IMG/VR virus record: IMGVR_UViG_3300037149_000276
Coordinates: 1-48,175 of that record
Origin: a virus
Taxonomy: Duplodnaviria; Caudoviricetes
Reading direction: 5' to 3' (one strand)
DNA length: 48,175 bases
The notes beneath the pieces were generated by a model. The model searched no databases, had not been told where the DNA came from, and saw only the letters and a program-made list of their open reading frames with translations. This document shows positions 1 to 8,801 of the stretch, one piece after another. The number at the start of each line of letters is the position of its first letter. The stretch's first letter is position 1. Both the position numbers and the translations under genes were made by a program.

Positions 1-1257
1 TTACTCGGGACGACCGCCTTCCCAGCGGTTTCCAATCCGGCGAGCCGGTTTCCAATTCTCGTTCTGTTCTTGTTCCATCCCGGCTGGCCTGACCTCGGCC
101 CAACGCCGTTCCAGGCGCTCCATTCCGTTGGCCGCCAGTCGCCTCAGCGAGACGTCGCGGCCGTAGTGCCGGACCATCTGTTCCGACATGTTGGCGATGG
201 CGCCGACCTCGCTTTCCGTGCAGCCGACCTCGAGCAGGTTGATGACGGCATTTTTGCGCAGGCCATGGAACACCAGCCGGTTCTCCCGGAAGGGCTTGAA
301 CGGGTCGGTCTTCATCAGCCGTTGCCATTCCGAGCGGAAGCCGTCCGTGGTCTGGTAGGGCAGGCCCTTCACCCCAACATGCAACGCGGTGCTGTTTCCC
401 GGCGCGCGGTCGATCCAGCGGCGATATTCCGAGTGGATCGGGATCCAAACCGTGCGGTTGGTCTTCTGCGCCTTCACCTCGACGATCTTGTCGCCCGACT
501 TTGGCCTGCGCATCCCGAGAATGTCGCCTTGCCGCTGCCCGGTGAACAGAACCGACACCATGGGGAGCAGCAGGTGAATCGGCGCATGAGCGAGAAAGGT
601 CTCGAAGGCCCATGGCGGCCACGGGATCCACGCTTCGCCACCCTTGATCTTTTCCGTCATCGCCACCGGATTGCCCGTGCAGAAGCCGCGCGGCACGCCC
701 CACGCCATTAGACGGCTGAGGAAGGCGCGGAACTGGTTGGCGGTGGCCGGCGTGTCGCCGAGCTCGTCAATCGCCAGTTGCGCGTCAACGGTGGTCAGTT
801 CGGCCGGGAGATCGAAGGCCCAAGCGGCAATAATCATGTCGGCGCTGCGGTCGTAGCCGCGCCGCGTAGAGGGCTCGAGCACCGTATAGGCCTCGTGCGC
901 CTTGAAGCTCTCGACGAGAGCGGTGAAGTCCTTGGCGTCGCCATGGTCGCGCCGCAGCTTGGCTTTGTGGAGCTCGAAGGCTTTCGGCCAGAACTCCGCG
1001 GTGCGCAGGTCCGGCAAGTCGGCGCCATAGAGGCGGAACCCCTCGGCCGTACGCTCCAATGCCTCACAGATCGCCACAGACGGGGCAAATTCGGCCGTCA
1101 GCGGCTCCGGCAGGGGAATGGACGGCCAAGCGTCAGGCGTGTTCCTCCGGCGCGTGTAGAAGAAATAGGACACGGGCTCGCGACCTGCCCGTGCCTTGGT
1201 GATCCGATGCACATAGCGCGGAAGCTCAACCACTCCGCTTTTCCCTGACCGCGGCAA
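1..1257 (-). CDS. int: Tyrosine recombinase / phage integrase
   Basis: Catalytic motifs FTGQRQGD (R), KAQKT (K), FHGLRK (HxxR), MVRHYG (Y); at prophage end. Confidence 0.95.
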   Translation of the reverse strand: MPRSGKSGVVELPRYVHRITKARAGREPVSYFFYTRRRNTPDAWPSIPLPEPLTAEFAPSVAICEALERTAEGFRLYGADLPDLRTAEFWPKAFELHKAKLRRDHGDAKDFTALVESFKAHEAYTVLEPSTRRGYDRSADMIIAAWAFDLPAELTTVDAQLAIDELGDTPATANQFRAFLSRLMAWGVPRGFCTGNPVAMTEKIKGGEAWIPWPPWAFETFLAHAPIHLLLPMVSVLFTGQRQGDILGMRRPKSGDKIVEVKAQKTNRTVWIPIHSEYRRWIDRAPGNSTALHVGVKGLPYQTTDGFRSEWQRLMKTDPFKPFRENRLVFHGLRKNAVINLLEVGCTESEVGAIANMSEQMVRHYGRDVSLRRLAANGMERLERRWAEVRPAGMEQEQNENWKPARRIGNRWEGGRPE

Positions 1258-1507
1258 CGAAACGCTCTCCCATTCCGGTAGGCGCTTCCGAAATCCCGAG
1301 CGCCTTATCCAGGTCCCGACGATACCAAAACTTTCGCCGTTGCGATTCGGTCCAGCGCGGCTGTGGATAAACGGTGCCTATCCGCTCGAGGAAATCCTCG
1401 ACGTGCTTCTCCCCGCAGTAGCCCGCGGCGAGATCAGCGCTCATGCGCGGCGGCCATGAATCGGCGGGGAACGTGGGCGGGCGCCTGGTCACCAGCACCC
1501 CCACCAT
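1226..1507 (-). CDS. Probable excisionase / small DNA-binding protein (start uncertain: 1576, 1507 or 1492)
   Basis: WPPRMSADLAAGYCG...YPQP...KFWYRRDLD resembles Xis/AlpA-type wHTH; overlaps the int start. Confidence 0.7.
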   Translation of the reverse strand: MVGVLVTRRPPTFPADSWPPRMSADLAAGYCGEKHVEDFLERIGTVYPQPRWTESQRRKFWYRRDLDKALGISEAPTGMGERFVAAVREKRSG

Positions 1508-1565
1508 TTCCCAAGCCAATACAGGCTTGCATAGGCAAGCCCGAGGCCGAACATCCAGCCGCGCC

Positions 1566-1823
1566 TCATTTCCCATCCCTCGCTGCTTGGATTGCTGCCT
1601 GCCAACTGGCGAGCGCCTGATACAGGCCTGCGCCCTCGGCTGCGAAGGCCTGCAACATGTCCGCATTAGGCTCCATCATCTCGGCAAGGACGGCATCTGC
1701 GTTGGAGTAGAAATGAGCCTGCTGGTCTGAATGCATCTCGTCGAACACAGTGGCGTCGCCGCCGAAGTCAGCAGCCACAATCGCCCTCGCTATCCTCTCT
1801 CTCATGCTCATAGGGGAGGTCAT
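1566..1823 (-). CDS. Hypothetical phage protein
   Basis: Coupled to upstream ORF, GGAG RBS, MRERIARAI start typical of phage early genes. Confidence 0.7.
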   Translation of the reverse strand: MTSPMSMRERIARAIVAADFGGDATVFDEMHSDQQAHFYSNADAVLAEMMEPNADMLQAFAAEGAGLYQALASWQAAIQAARDGK

Positions 1824-2083
1824 TATGGCTGCCTCCTGAAATACACATCGCCGCCCTCACGCAGGACGGAAAACCCGGCCTGTGACAAGGTTTGGTCAAG
1901 GTCGATGGGACACAGGCAACAGCCAGCGCCAACCTCCATCCCAGAGATAATCTCCTCTTGGAGTTCTGGCGGCCAACCAGGGGCAAAGTGCAGATGCTCC
2001 GCTCCTCCGACGACAGCAGCAAGCTGCGCGACACCAGAGATCTCAACTTTGAGGTCCTCGTCGAAACAGGTCTTGCACATCAC
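1823..2083 (-). CDS. Hypothetical Cys-containing protein
   Basis: Coupled ORF with GGAGG RBS; CxxC and CCLC. Confidence 0.65.
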   Translation of the reverse strand: MMCKTCFDEDLKVEISGVAQLAAVVGGAEHLHFAPGWPPELQEEIISGMEVGAGCCLCPIDLDQTLSQAGFSVLREGGDVYFRRQP

Positions 2084-2604
2084 ACCACCTCCGTCTTGTC
2101 GTCGTACAGCCAGCCGGCAGGGATCGGTTGGTCACCGCTGAGCGGTTCTCCGTCGGCGTCGACATAACTCTCCCGATCCTCGCCGCAGCAGGCGCGGTGG
2201 ATGAGGCCGCCTGAGACGTCACCCAGAACGAGATCGCCTTCTTGAAGCGGCCGATCGCAGGCCATGCAGGTTTCTGGCGCGTCGTCGCCAACGGCTTCTT
2301 CATCCACCTCCGTCTTGTCCTTGAGGGCGCGGATGGCGGCGGCGGCATCGGCCGCCGTGCCCGGAATACGCGTGCCGCATCCATCGCCGGCGCCAACGGG
2401 TCGCCCGACGTTCCTCGCCACCTTCGCCGCCTCCTCCAGCACTGCATTGCGGGAGGAAGGACGGGTGTTCCAACGCGGCAGATCGGTGATATCCCAAGCC
2501 TGCTGGCCGATGACGCATTTCCCCTGATCGACGTGGCACAGCAGCGTGCCGCGCACCTGCATCGGATCGTCGCAAAACGGGCACGGCTCCAGTTCAATTC
2601 CCAT
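2080..2604 (-). CDS. Modular protein with Lar (restriction alleviation)-like N-terminal Zn module and C-terminal Cys-rich module
   Basis: LEPCPFC...C...WNTR signature; start reassigned to ATG 2604 after GGAG. Confidence 0.7.
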   Translation of the reverse strand: MGIELEPCPFCDDPMQVRGTLLCHVDQGKCVIGQQAWDITDLPRWNTRPSSRNAVLEEAAKVARNVGRPVGAGDGCGTRIPGTAADAAAAIRALKDKTEVDEEAVGDDAPETCMACDRPLQEGDLVLGDVSGGLIHRACCGEDRESYVDADGEPLSGDQPIPAGWLYDDKTEVV

Positions 2605-2842
2605 TGCTGTTCTCCATGGCCGCAGAAACGCGGACGCGAATGCAGCGCCACCCATGACGATAGGCGCGTTTCCATCCTTGAGCGCGGGTCTCCCCCTCGA
2701 GAGCCCATACCTCGGCCAAGCACGCTTGCGCATCGACGCGGGTAGATCGGGTGGAATTCTCGTGGATGAAAGGGCGCGGCGACCCATCAGCGCACGCGCA
2801 AGCCCATGCATACTCATCTCGGAACATGGTCTCATTTCCCAT
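2594..2842 (-). CDS. Hypothetical protein
   Basis: Fills the operon with 11-nt overlaps on both sides; GGAG RBS. Confidence 0.7.
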   Translation of the reverse strand: MGNETMFRDEYAWACACADGSPRPFIHENSTRSTRVDAQACLAEVWALEGETRAQGWKRAYRHGWRCIRVRVSAAMENSNGN

Positions 2843-3299
2843 TGCTGTTCTCCAGGAAGGTGCGGGCGGCGACGAAGTCCGACAGTCGAAAGTGCTTCGT
2901 CGGAAAGACCGATCTGCCCGGTGCCGCCGCTCGGACGCTCACGAAGTGCTCGGCCTGCGGAGCAAACTCCGCAAACGGGCGGATCACCCGCTCGGCCTCT
3001 GCCAGCAGGCGTTCGGCGGTGATGGCGCGGTTCTCCATCTCGCCCCACTGGCGCATTATGGTCGGGTTGCTGAGTGCCACCTCTGCAATTCCGCACCCAG
3101 TGAGTATTTCCAGCCGAGCGACACAGACTTGCTTCCCAAGCGCAGCATCATCCGACTTCTTCCGCAACGCCTCGATCTCCGCCTCTTGGGAGGTGATGAT
3201 GTCGGCGGCTTCGTTGCGGATGCGACGGATGAACAACGCGTCGGCATTGGGGCCGCCCAGCAGCCTCGCCACGACCTCTCGTGCTCGTTCCCCGCTCAT
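2832..3299 (-). CDS. Hypothetical protein
   Basis: ATGA-coupled to upstream gene. Confidence 0.75.
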   Translation of the reverse strand: MSGERAREVVARLLGGPNADALFIRRIRNEAADIITSQEAEIEALRKKSDDAALGKQVCVARLEILTGCGIAEVALSNPTIMRQWGEMENRAITAERLLAEAERVIRPFAEFAPQAEHFVSVRAAAPGRSVFPTKHFRLSDFVAARTFLENSNGK

Positions 3300-3790
3300 G
3301 GCTTGGCTCCCGAAATGTCGACCAGTGGAGTTGAGTAAGCCAGCATGAGGGGGTGGAGGGGGTCCCCGCCCTTGGTGAAGCCGAATGTCTTGACCGGCTT
3401 CCGAAAGAGGTAAAGCCGATCAAGCACAGCCACCAAGTCAGGGCGAAGGTGCTTCGGCAGCTTTCTGCTATCCCCCCAGCACGGCACGAGCACGTCGGCT
3501 TCTCTAGCGATTGTCGCAAGATGCTCGTGGTTTTCTGGGCCGGCTGGCAGTGGGGCGGTGGCCAACGCCTTCACGTCTGTCGCGCGCAAGGCAAAGACGT
3601 TGCCGACGATGAAACGTGAACCACCCCACCGAGAGACGAAGCCTCGCCATTTGCGCACAGTAGCGTCATCGAGGTTGGCGTCTGCGGTAGAGGGGTTGAT
3701 CCCGAAGAAGGCGTAGACGGGGCCGGCGACGGCGACCGCTCTATCGAGCCGATATCGGTACTGCCCGCAATCCGAAATTACTGCGCTCAT
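3296..3790 (-). CDS. DUF1643 family protein
   Basis: SDCGQYRYRL, GINPSTAD..DDAT, NVFALRATD, WG, PLHPL motifs. Confidence 0.88.
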   Translation of the reverse strand: MSAVISDCGQYRYRLDRAVAVAGPVYAFFGINPSTADANLDDATVRKWRGFVSRWGGSRFIVGNVFALRATDVKALATAPLPAGPENHEHLATIAREADVLVPCWGDSRKLPKHLRPDLVAVLDRLYLFRKPVKTFGFTKGGDPLHPLMLAYSTPLVDISGAKP

Positions 3791-4515
3791 GGCTTGTCAC
3801 CAAGGGCTAGGGCTGACTGGCGCATAACCTCACCCGCGATGTAGACGGTTTCGCGGGCCTTGCCGGATGAGCTTTTGAACTCTCCGAGCGGTTCAAAGGG
3901 TAGCCAAGTAGCCTCCGGCCCTTCGCATGCGATAACGAGCCCTCGCCGCGCTCGGCAAAACGGCGCCAAGTTTGCAAAGTCCGCAAACTGCACGCGATAG
4001 TAGCGGCCCTTGTCGCCATACGGCGGGTCAATGAACCATGTCGCTTCGATTTCGGGGGCGCCGTGATATTGCCCCTCCGTGATCGACCATCCGGCGATAC
4101 CGGACAGCTGGCTCGCAATACGCTGCTTGGCCTTCTGACCCCAATTGAGTTGGGATCGGTCTGTTCGCGCCGAATAGGCTGTGCGAGATTTTTTCGGCGT
4201 CGCGCTACCGCGATTTAGCCAGAAGCCGATCAGCCATTTCGCCTCTTGTGGTAGAGCGTAGTCATCGACGTTGTCGCCCACATTCGGCAACTCCGGAAGG
4301 GCCATGATCTCATCTGGCGTGGCCTTCATGAGGTATGACCAGACCCCGACGATGATCGGATCGGCGTCGATTAAGTGGACCTTCTTGCATCCATGAAAGG
4401 TCGCGTACCCGGCCCCACCGGCAAACGGCTCTACGACCACGTCATGCGCCGGCGCGGGGTAGTACCGAGCGATGTTCCACTTTGAGCCGTAGAACGGGAA
4501 GAACGGGCGCATCAT
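3787..4515 (-). CDS. DNA adenine methyltransferase (Dam/D12-like, alpha class), compact orphan MTase
   Basis: FYGSK (motif X), VEPFAGGAG (motif I), FIDPPY (motif IV). Confidence 0.88.
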   Translation of the reverse strand: MMRPFFPFYGSKWNIARYYPAPAHDVVVEPFAGGAGYATFHGCKKVHLIDADPIIVGVWSYLMKATPDEIMALPELPNVGDNVDDYALPQEAKWLIGFWLNRGSATPKKSRTAYSARTDRSQLNWGQKAKQRIASQLSGIAGWSITEGQYHGAPEIEATWFIDPPYGDKGRYYRVQFADFANLAPFCRARRGLVIACEGPEATWLPFEPLGEFKSSSGKARETVYIAGEVMRQSALALGDKP

Positions 4516-4649
4516 GGCTTGGCACCAAGGGCGGCGGTGAGGGCGGCGGCTTCACGCATCCTCGCGGCCTCATTGCCCGCGCCACATGCCTCTATCTCGC
4601 TTGCGTCGGTCCGCAGCCTTGCCTCTACCTCGCGTGCGCGTTCCGTCAT
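4512..4649 (-). CDS. 45-aa protein missed by the ORF track (MTERAREVEARLRTD...AAALTAALGAKP)
   Basis: Hand translation; ATGA overlaps at both ends. Confidence 0.65.
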   Translation of the reverse strand: MTERAREVEARLRTDASEIEACGAGNEAARMREAAALTAALGAKP

Positions 4650-5002
4650 GGCTGGCACTCCCAGAAGTCGATTTCGTACTCATGAGCGATTGCGCGGGCG
4701 TCGCTGCCGCCCCAGCCCCAGCCCGGCTTCCCGAACTCGATCTTGTTGTCTCTGCAGTAGGCGCGGTGGACCTGAACGGCGAGGCATTGCGCGTGACGTA
4801 AGCCGATCTTTGGCGTGGAGCGGTCGATCATCTCGACAGCCATCTTCAAGATGAAGCCGGTCCGCGTGAGTCCATCGTCGCGCCCAGCCCGGACCTGGTC
4901 GATGATCACGGCCGTAATGGCGTCGTCGAACGCGCCGGACTTGATGGCGTCCTCAGCGGCTTGCAGCGCGACCCCTCTGATGTGCTCGACCAATCTCGTC
5001 AT
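4646..5002 (-). CDS. Hypothetical protein
   Basis: Start reassigned to ATG 5002 (ATGA overlap, GAGG RBS). Confidence 0.7.
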   Translation of the reverse strand: MTRLVEHIRGVALQAAEDAIKSGAFDDAITAVIIDQVRAGRDDGLTRTGFILKMAVEMIDRSTPKIGLRHAQCLAVQVHRAYCRDNKIEFGKPGWGWGGSDARAIAHEYEIDFWECQP

Positions 5003-5433
5003 GGCTTCACCTCGGGCTTGGCTCCAAGGGCAGCGGTGATGGCGGTGGCAAGTTCGGCTCGGGTGATCAGCGCCATGTAGGGGTGATCTTCTGGCGACGT
5101 GCGATCGTCCTTTTCGAGGAGGCGCATCCATTCCCGCTCCACCATCTCCTCCGTCACCTGCAATGGGGCAGGGTGGAGGTAGAGGGGCCGGTCGTGCCAG
5201 CCCAAGGACCGGTCGCCGTCTGTTATGGAGAAGCCCGAAAGGCGTTCTTCGCCGTCCGCTTTACTTAGCAGCCACGCCACCGGCTCGGCATTCGCCTGCG
5301 CTGCGCGGAGGGCGGCGAGTTCGGTGAGCGCGGCTGCGAGGCCGGTAGCGTCTGCACTGCCGATAAGGCCGCTGAAGGCGTTCGTGGCCTCCAGCAGTTC
5401 GTTCAGCCGTTCGTCGCTGATCTTCTCAGCCAT
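4999..5433 (-). CDS. Hypothetical modular protein (EPVAW...PLY...VTEEMVE motifs of lambdoid Ea/Ead-like early proteins)
   Basis: Coupled ORF; recurrent phage early-gene motifs. Confidence 0.7.
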   Translation of the reverse strand: MAEKISDERLNELLEATNAFSGLIGSADATGLAAALTELAALRAAQANAEPVAWLLSKADGEERLSGFSITDGDRSLGWHDRPLYLHPAPLQVTEEMVEREWMRLLEKDDRTSPEDHPYMALITRAELATAITAALGAKPEVKP

Positions 5434-5752
5434 GATTGCCCCCTATTTCCCTGAGACGAGCCGACATGGCCGCAAAGCTCTCGGCAATGATCGACGCCAC
5501 TCCAATGTCCGATTGCTGACGCTGCGATGCGCCGATGGCGGCGTTCCAGACCGTGTCAAACGCCTCGGCCAGTATCTCAGCCGTCAGAGGCGTGCCGGTC
5601 GGCGGCGCTGCGCGGGTGTTCCAACGTGGCAGATCGGTGACGTCGTATGCTTGTTTGCCTATGACGCAATTGCCCTGCTCGACGTGCTGCAGGAGGGTGC
5701 CGCGGACCTGCATCGGGTCGGCGCAGAACGGGCACGGTTCGATCTCAGCCAT
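5426..5752 (-). CDS. Lar-like Zn-module protein, paralogous N-terminus to 2080..2604
   Basis: IEPCPFCADPMQVRGTLL...DLPRWNTR. Confidence 0.72.
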   Translation of the reverse strand: MAEIEPCPFCADPMQVRGTLLQHVEQGNCVIGKQAYDVTDLPRWNTRAAPPTGTPLTAEILAEAFDTVWNAAIGASQRQQSDIGVASIIAESFAAMSARLREIGGNHG

Positions 5753-6152
5753 GATTATTCTCCTGTTCCTGGGCGATAAGCGCGCCGAGAATGGCGCGGA
5801 TCAGTGCGAGCACAGGTGTGTCGGCGAACGCCCTGGCGTTCGGGTCGGATGTCCCGACGAGCGCACTGATCGTCAACCCATCGTTGGTGTGCTCCAGGAT
5901 CCAATCGAAGCCGGGAAGTAGCGCTTCCTTGAGCGCGAAGGCAGCGTCGAGGCTGGCGGTGTAGGGAGGTAGTTCGGCGCGCTGGAACCACTCGATGACT
6001 CCAGGTTTGCGCCAATACGGCTGGCGATCCCTCTCCATCTTCGTGCAGGTCCATCCGGCCAGCAGAGCGAGTTCGCCATCCACCTCCCGATCAGGTCCGG
6101 TAAGTGACGACACCCTATCCCGGAGGGCGGTGAGATCAGAGAGGCGGGTCAT
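5745..6152 (-). CDS. Hypothetical protein, possibly phage ABA-sandwich-like
   Basis: PDREVDGELA and PPYTASLDAA motifs. Confidence 0.6.
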   Translation of the reverse strand: MTRLSDLTALRDRVSSLTGPDREVDGELALLAGWTCTKMERDRQPYWRKPGVIEWFQRAELPPYTASLDAAFALKEALLPGFDWILEHTNDGLTISALVGTSDPNARAFADTPVLALIRAILGALIAQEQENNHG

Positions 6153-6532
6153 GCGGGCGCTCCTGCTTTTTGGCCGGCAGGAGCTAGGCGAAAGCCGGTT
6201 ACGCGACCGTCTGCTTTTGAGAATTCAAGGGCGTACCACCTGGGGTCGAATGTCAGTCCGATGGCGCCGGCGATCTCGCGCATCGTTTCCTCGTCCTCAC
6301 CGATACGCTCGTCCATCCAACCGAACCAGACGAGATCGTCGCCGTAGGTTTGGGCGATGTTAAAGTCGTCGCTGCCTAGCGCTTTCCAGCCGTGCCGGAT
6401 GGCGTCGGCGCGGTTGTTGAAGCGGCAGCGGTCCCAGTCGTAGCCGATGCCGAACCCCGTATCGTTCATCCATGCCGACTGGCAGATGACGATGAATTCA
6501 GGGTCGATGTTTGGGAGTTGCGCCTTGTTCAT
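6149..6532 (-). CDS. Hypothetical protein
   Basis: ATGA-coupled at both ends, GGAGG RBS. Confidence 0.7.
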   Translation of the reverse strand: MNKAQLPNIDPEFIVICQSAWMNDTGFGIGYDWDRCRFNNRADAIRHGWKALGSDDFNIAQTYGDDLVWFGWMDERIGEDEETMREIAGAIGLTFDPRWYALEFSKADGRVTGFRLAPAGQKAGAPA

Positions 6533-6840
6533 TCCACACCTCCCGGAGGGGTGGGGAGAGCGGCGCTGACGACTTCAAAGATGCGCGCCACGTGGTCGTC
6601 CTCGTCTTCGTCGGTGCAAATGTCTTGCACGCGGCGCAGCGCCTCGCGGAGTTCCAACGCCTGCTTGGCGAGGGTGAAGACGGGATCCAGCTTTGCGACG
6701 AACCCGCAAATCGCATCTTCGAGCATGGCCTTGTCCGCGTCGTTGGGCGTGTAGTCAGGGTCGCGGAACTCGTATTCCTCGACGAACGCTCGGACGCTCT
6801 CGCCTGCATGGACGGCGTTGATCTGGTCTAGGATGGTCAT
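6529..6840 (-). CDS. Hypothetical acidic protein
   Basis: ATGA-coupled, GGAG RBS. Confidence 0.7.
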   Translation of the reverse strand: MTILDQINAVHAGESVRAFVEEYEFRDPDYTPNDADKAMLEDAICGFVAKLDPVFTLAKQALELREALRRVQDICTDEDEDDHVARIFEVVSAALPTPPGGVE

Positions 6841-7229
6841 ACAGGTTCTCCTGTCGCGCGCAGAACTAGAACGCCGTCCATGCGCTTCTTGAATTTGCCA
6901 TTGCGGTTGGTAGAGAAAGCCGGGGCGCGCTCGTGCCGGAACGCCTTCGCCTTGTGGCGTTCAGCGGCAGCTCGAGCGGTGTTCTCGGCGTTCGTCTTCG
7001 TGATGTGGTGACGGCGCAAGAGAGCCTGCAGGTTGCTCTCCCGGTTCTCGCCGCCGTCCTTGAGTGGAACGGTGTGGTCGCAGTCGATCTGGTCGACGTT
7101 CAGATCCATCCACGTTCCGCAGCCGCAGGCGCACAGGCCATTCTGGCGCTCGTAGAGGCGCAGCAATACCTTGATGGTAGGCATGGAATTGTCGGTGCGG
7201 CCGATCCACTCGGCGACGTCCCTAGCCAT
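6837..7229 (-). CDS. HNH endonuclease
   Basis: CACGCG, DCDHTVPLKDGGENRESNLQAL..HH..KT. Confidence 0.88.
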   Translation of the reverse strand: MARDVAEWIGRTDNSMPTIKVLLRLYERQNGLCACGCGTWMDLNVDQIDCDHTVPLKDGGENRESNLQALLRRHHITKTNAENTARAAAERHKAKAFRHERAPAFSTNRNGKFKKRMDGVLVLRATGEPV

Positions 7230-7440
7230 GGGAAATCTCCTGCCGGCCAATGGCGCTCAGCGAGTAGCGGGGGCCGTCGTCCGTCATTTCAACGACGGCG
7301 CACTTCTTCTTCACGAGGCTGTCGAGAGTGGATTTGACGATCTGGCCGGCTTCGCTGTTCACGCGGTCACCGGGCGTGATCGAGCCTTCACGGTCGAGGA
7401 AGTAGATCGCCGCGCGTTCTTCGGGGGTTAGCTTCTTCAT
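7222..7440 (-). CDS. Small winged-helix-like protein
   Basis: TLDSLVKKK...YSLSAIGR wing pattern; coupled. Confidence 0.55.
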   Translation of the reverse strand: MKKLTPEERAAIYFLDREGSITPGDRVNSEAGQIVKSTLDSLVKKKCAVVEMTDDGPRYSLSAIGRQEISHG

Positions 7441-7946
7441 GCCGCCGCACTCATCTGCGTAGGGTCGGCGCCGATCAGATCGCCGATCCAGCGGAGGACA
7501 GCTTCTTTGCTCGCCTGAAACTTGGCCTTGTCCATCGAGCGATGGTCTTGCGACAGCGCGTGATAGACATTGACGATGTTCTCCTCGACCAGGACCAACT
7601 GATAGGTGTCATACGGCTTGATAGCGGCGGCGAGCCGCTGGGCCTCAGCCTCCGACCTGCACACGTGCTGCACCGTCGAGCAGTAGCCGGCGTTGATCAG
7701 CGCGAACTTCCGCAGGTGCTCAGCGCTCGGATATTGCGGGCGGAGCGCGTCGGGTAGGCTGTCCCACGCCGCTTTGATACAGGCGAAATAGTGCGCATGG
7801 GACTGGTGCGAGCGGACGAAGATTTCGTCCAAGGTGTAGGCTTCGCCGACGACGAAGCGTTTGTCTGCCTCGCGCGCCCAATAGTGGGTGGCAGGCACCA
7901 TCGCTTCGCGATCCCAGATGAAGCGGATAGGGAAGGGACTCTGCAT
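7437..7946 (-). CDS. Conserved recombination-region phage protein (possibly NinB/DUF1367-like)
   Basis: RSHQSHAHYFA, EHLRKFALINAGY, SMDKAKFQ; between exonuclease and HNH. Confidence 0.6.
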   Translation of the reverse strand: MQSPFPIRFIWDREAMVPATHYWAREADKRFVVGEAYTLDEIFVRSHQSHAHYFACIKAAWDSLPDALRPQYPSAEHLRKFALINAGYCSTVQHVCRSEAEAQRLAAAIKPYDTYQLVLVEENIVNVYHALSQDHRSMDKAKFQASKEAVLRWIGDLIGADPTQMSAAA

Positions 7947-8149
7947 CAACCAGCCCTCGCCATTGGCGCGAACTGCGCCAGCTTGTCCGCGTAGATGTCC
8001 TTCAACCGGGCTCGGGCCTCGCCCTTATGGTGGTCGCACTCGCGCCACCAGATCGAGACGAGTTCATCCTTGGTGGTGGCGAGGCTGAGGGCCATGCCGG
8101 CTGCCAGTTCTTCTGCGAGTTCGGTCCTGTTGTGCGGGTGCTTGCTCAT
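7946..8149 (-). CDS. Hypothetical protein
   Basis: ATGA-coupled, GGAGG RBS. Confidence 0.65.
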   Translation of the reverse strand: MSKHPHNRTELAEELAAGMALSLATTKDELVSIWWRECDHHKGEARARLKDIYADKLAQFAPMARAG

Positions 8150-8799
8150 GCCGCCTCCGGCATTCCATAGGTTACGGGTAGATCACTCAGCCCGTATTGG
8201 CGGACCTTCTGAACAACCTCTGCCAATTCGGAATTGAAGGCATCCACAGCGCTTGACATGTCCGCGATGTAGCTTTCCTCGCGGTAGGCGCGTTTGATGA
8301 ACAACGGCAGGCCCGGCCAGTAGACAGCGATATCGATCCACTCGCGCTCAGCGACCCAAAGCGCACCCTGGCACTGAGCCTTGTGCTCAGCGGGGAACTC
8401 GTCACGGATCAGCACGTCAATAAGCAGGTCGGGCAGCTTGGTTTTGATTTCCAACATGCCGGTTTCGCCGACGAGCGAATCCGGGGATGCGCCCTTCGCC
8501 CCGTTGCGGACAAACCCGACAAGCTGCGGCTGGGCATCAGTCATCAGCGCGTACATGTTGCGGGCGTCGGGCTCCATTTCGTGCCCGCGCTCCATGTGGG
8601 CATTGGTGAAGCCTTCCTGCACCGCTCCGGTGAGAACCTCACCAGCCAGCTTGTATAGGTACTTCTTGCGGGTCAGGCTTTCCCCGCCGCCTTTGCCCCT
8701 CGCCATGATCGTGGCGAAGTTCGAAGCGGTCGGAATGCCTCTCCGGCTCTCGAACCATTCGGCAGAATTTTGGTCGCAATCGATGATCTGCACAGCCAT
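8146..8799 (-). CDS. YqaJ / lambda-exonuclease family protein
   Basis: QNSAEWFESRRG.PTAS, MERGHEMEP.AR, GASPDSLV, LEIK, QCQGALWV. Confidence 0.92.
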   Translation of the reverse strand: MAVQIIDCDQNSAEWFESRRGIPTASNFATIMARGKGGGESLTRKKYLYKLAGEVLTGAVQEGFTNAHMERGHEMEPDARNMYALMTDAQPQLVGFVRNGAKGASPDSLVGETGMLEIKTKLPDLLIDVLIRDEFPAEHKAQCQGALWVAEREWIDIAVYWPGLPLFIKRAYREESYIADMSSAVDAFNSELAEVVQKVRQYGLSDLPVTYGMPEAA

Positions 8800-8801
8800 G
8801 G

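Noticed and set aside
2462-5740. 82%-identical repeat pair as a DGR template/variable repeat
   Set aside because: No reverse transcriptase in the window; mismatches are not adenine-specific and both copies are coding.
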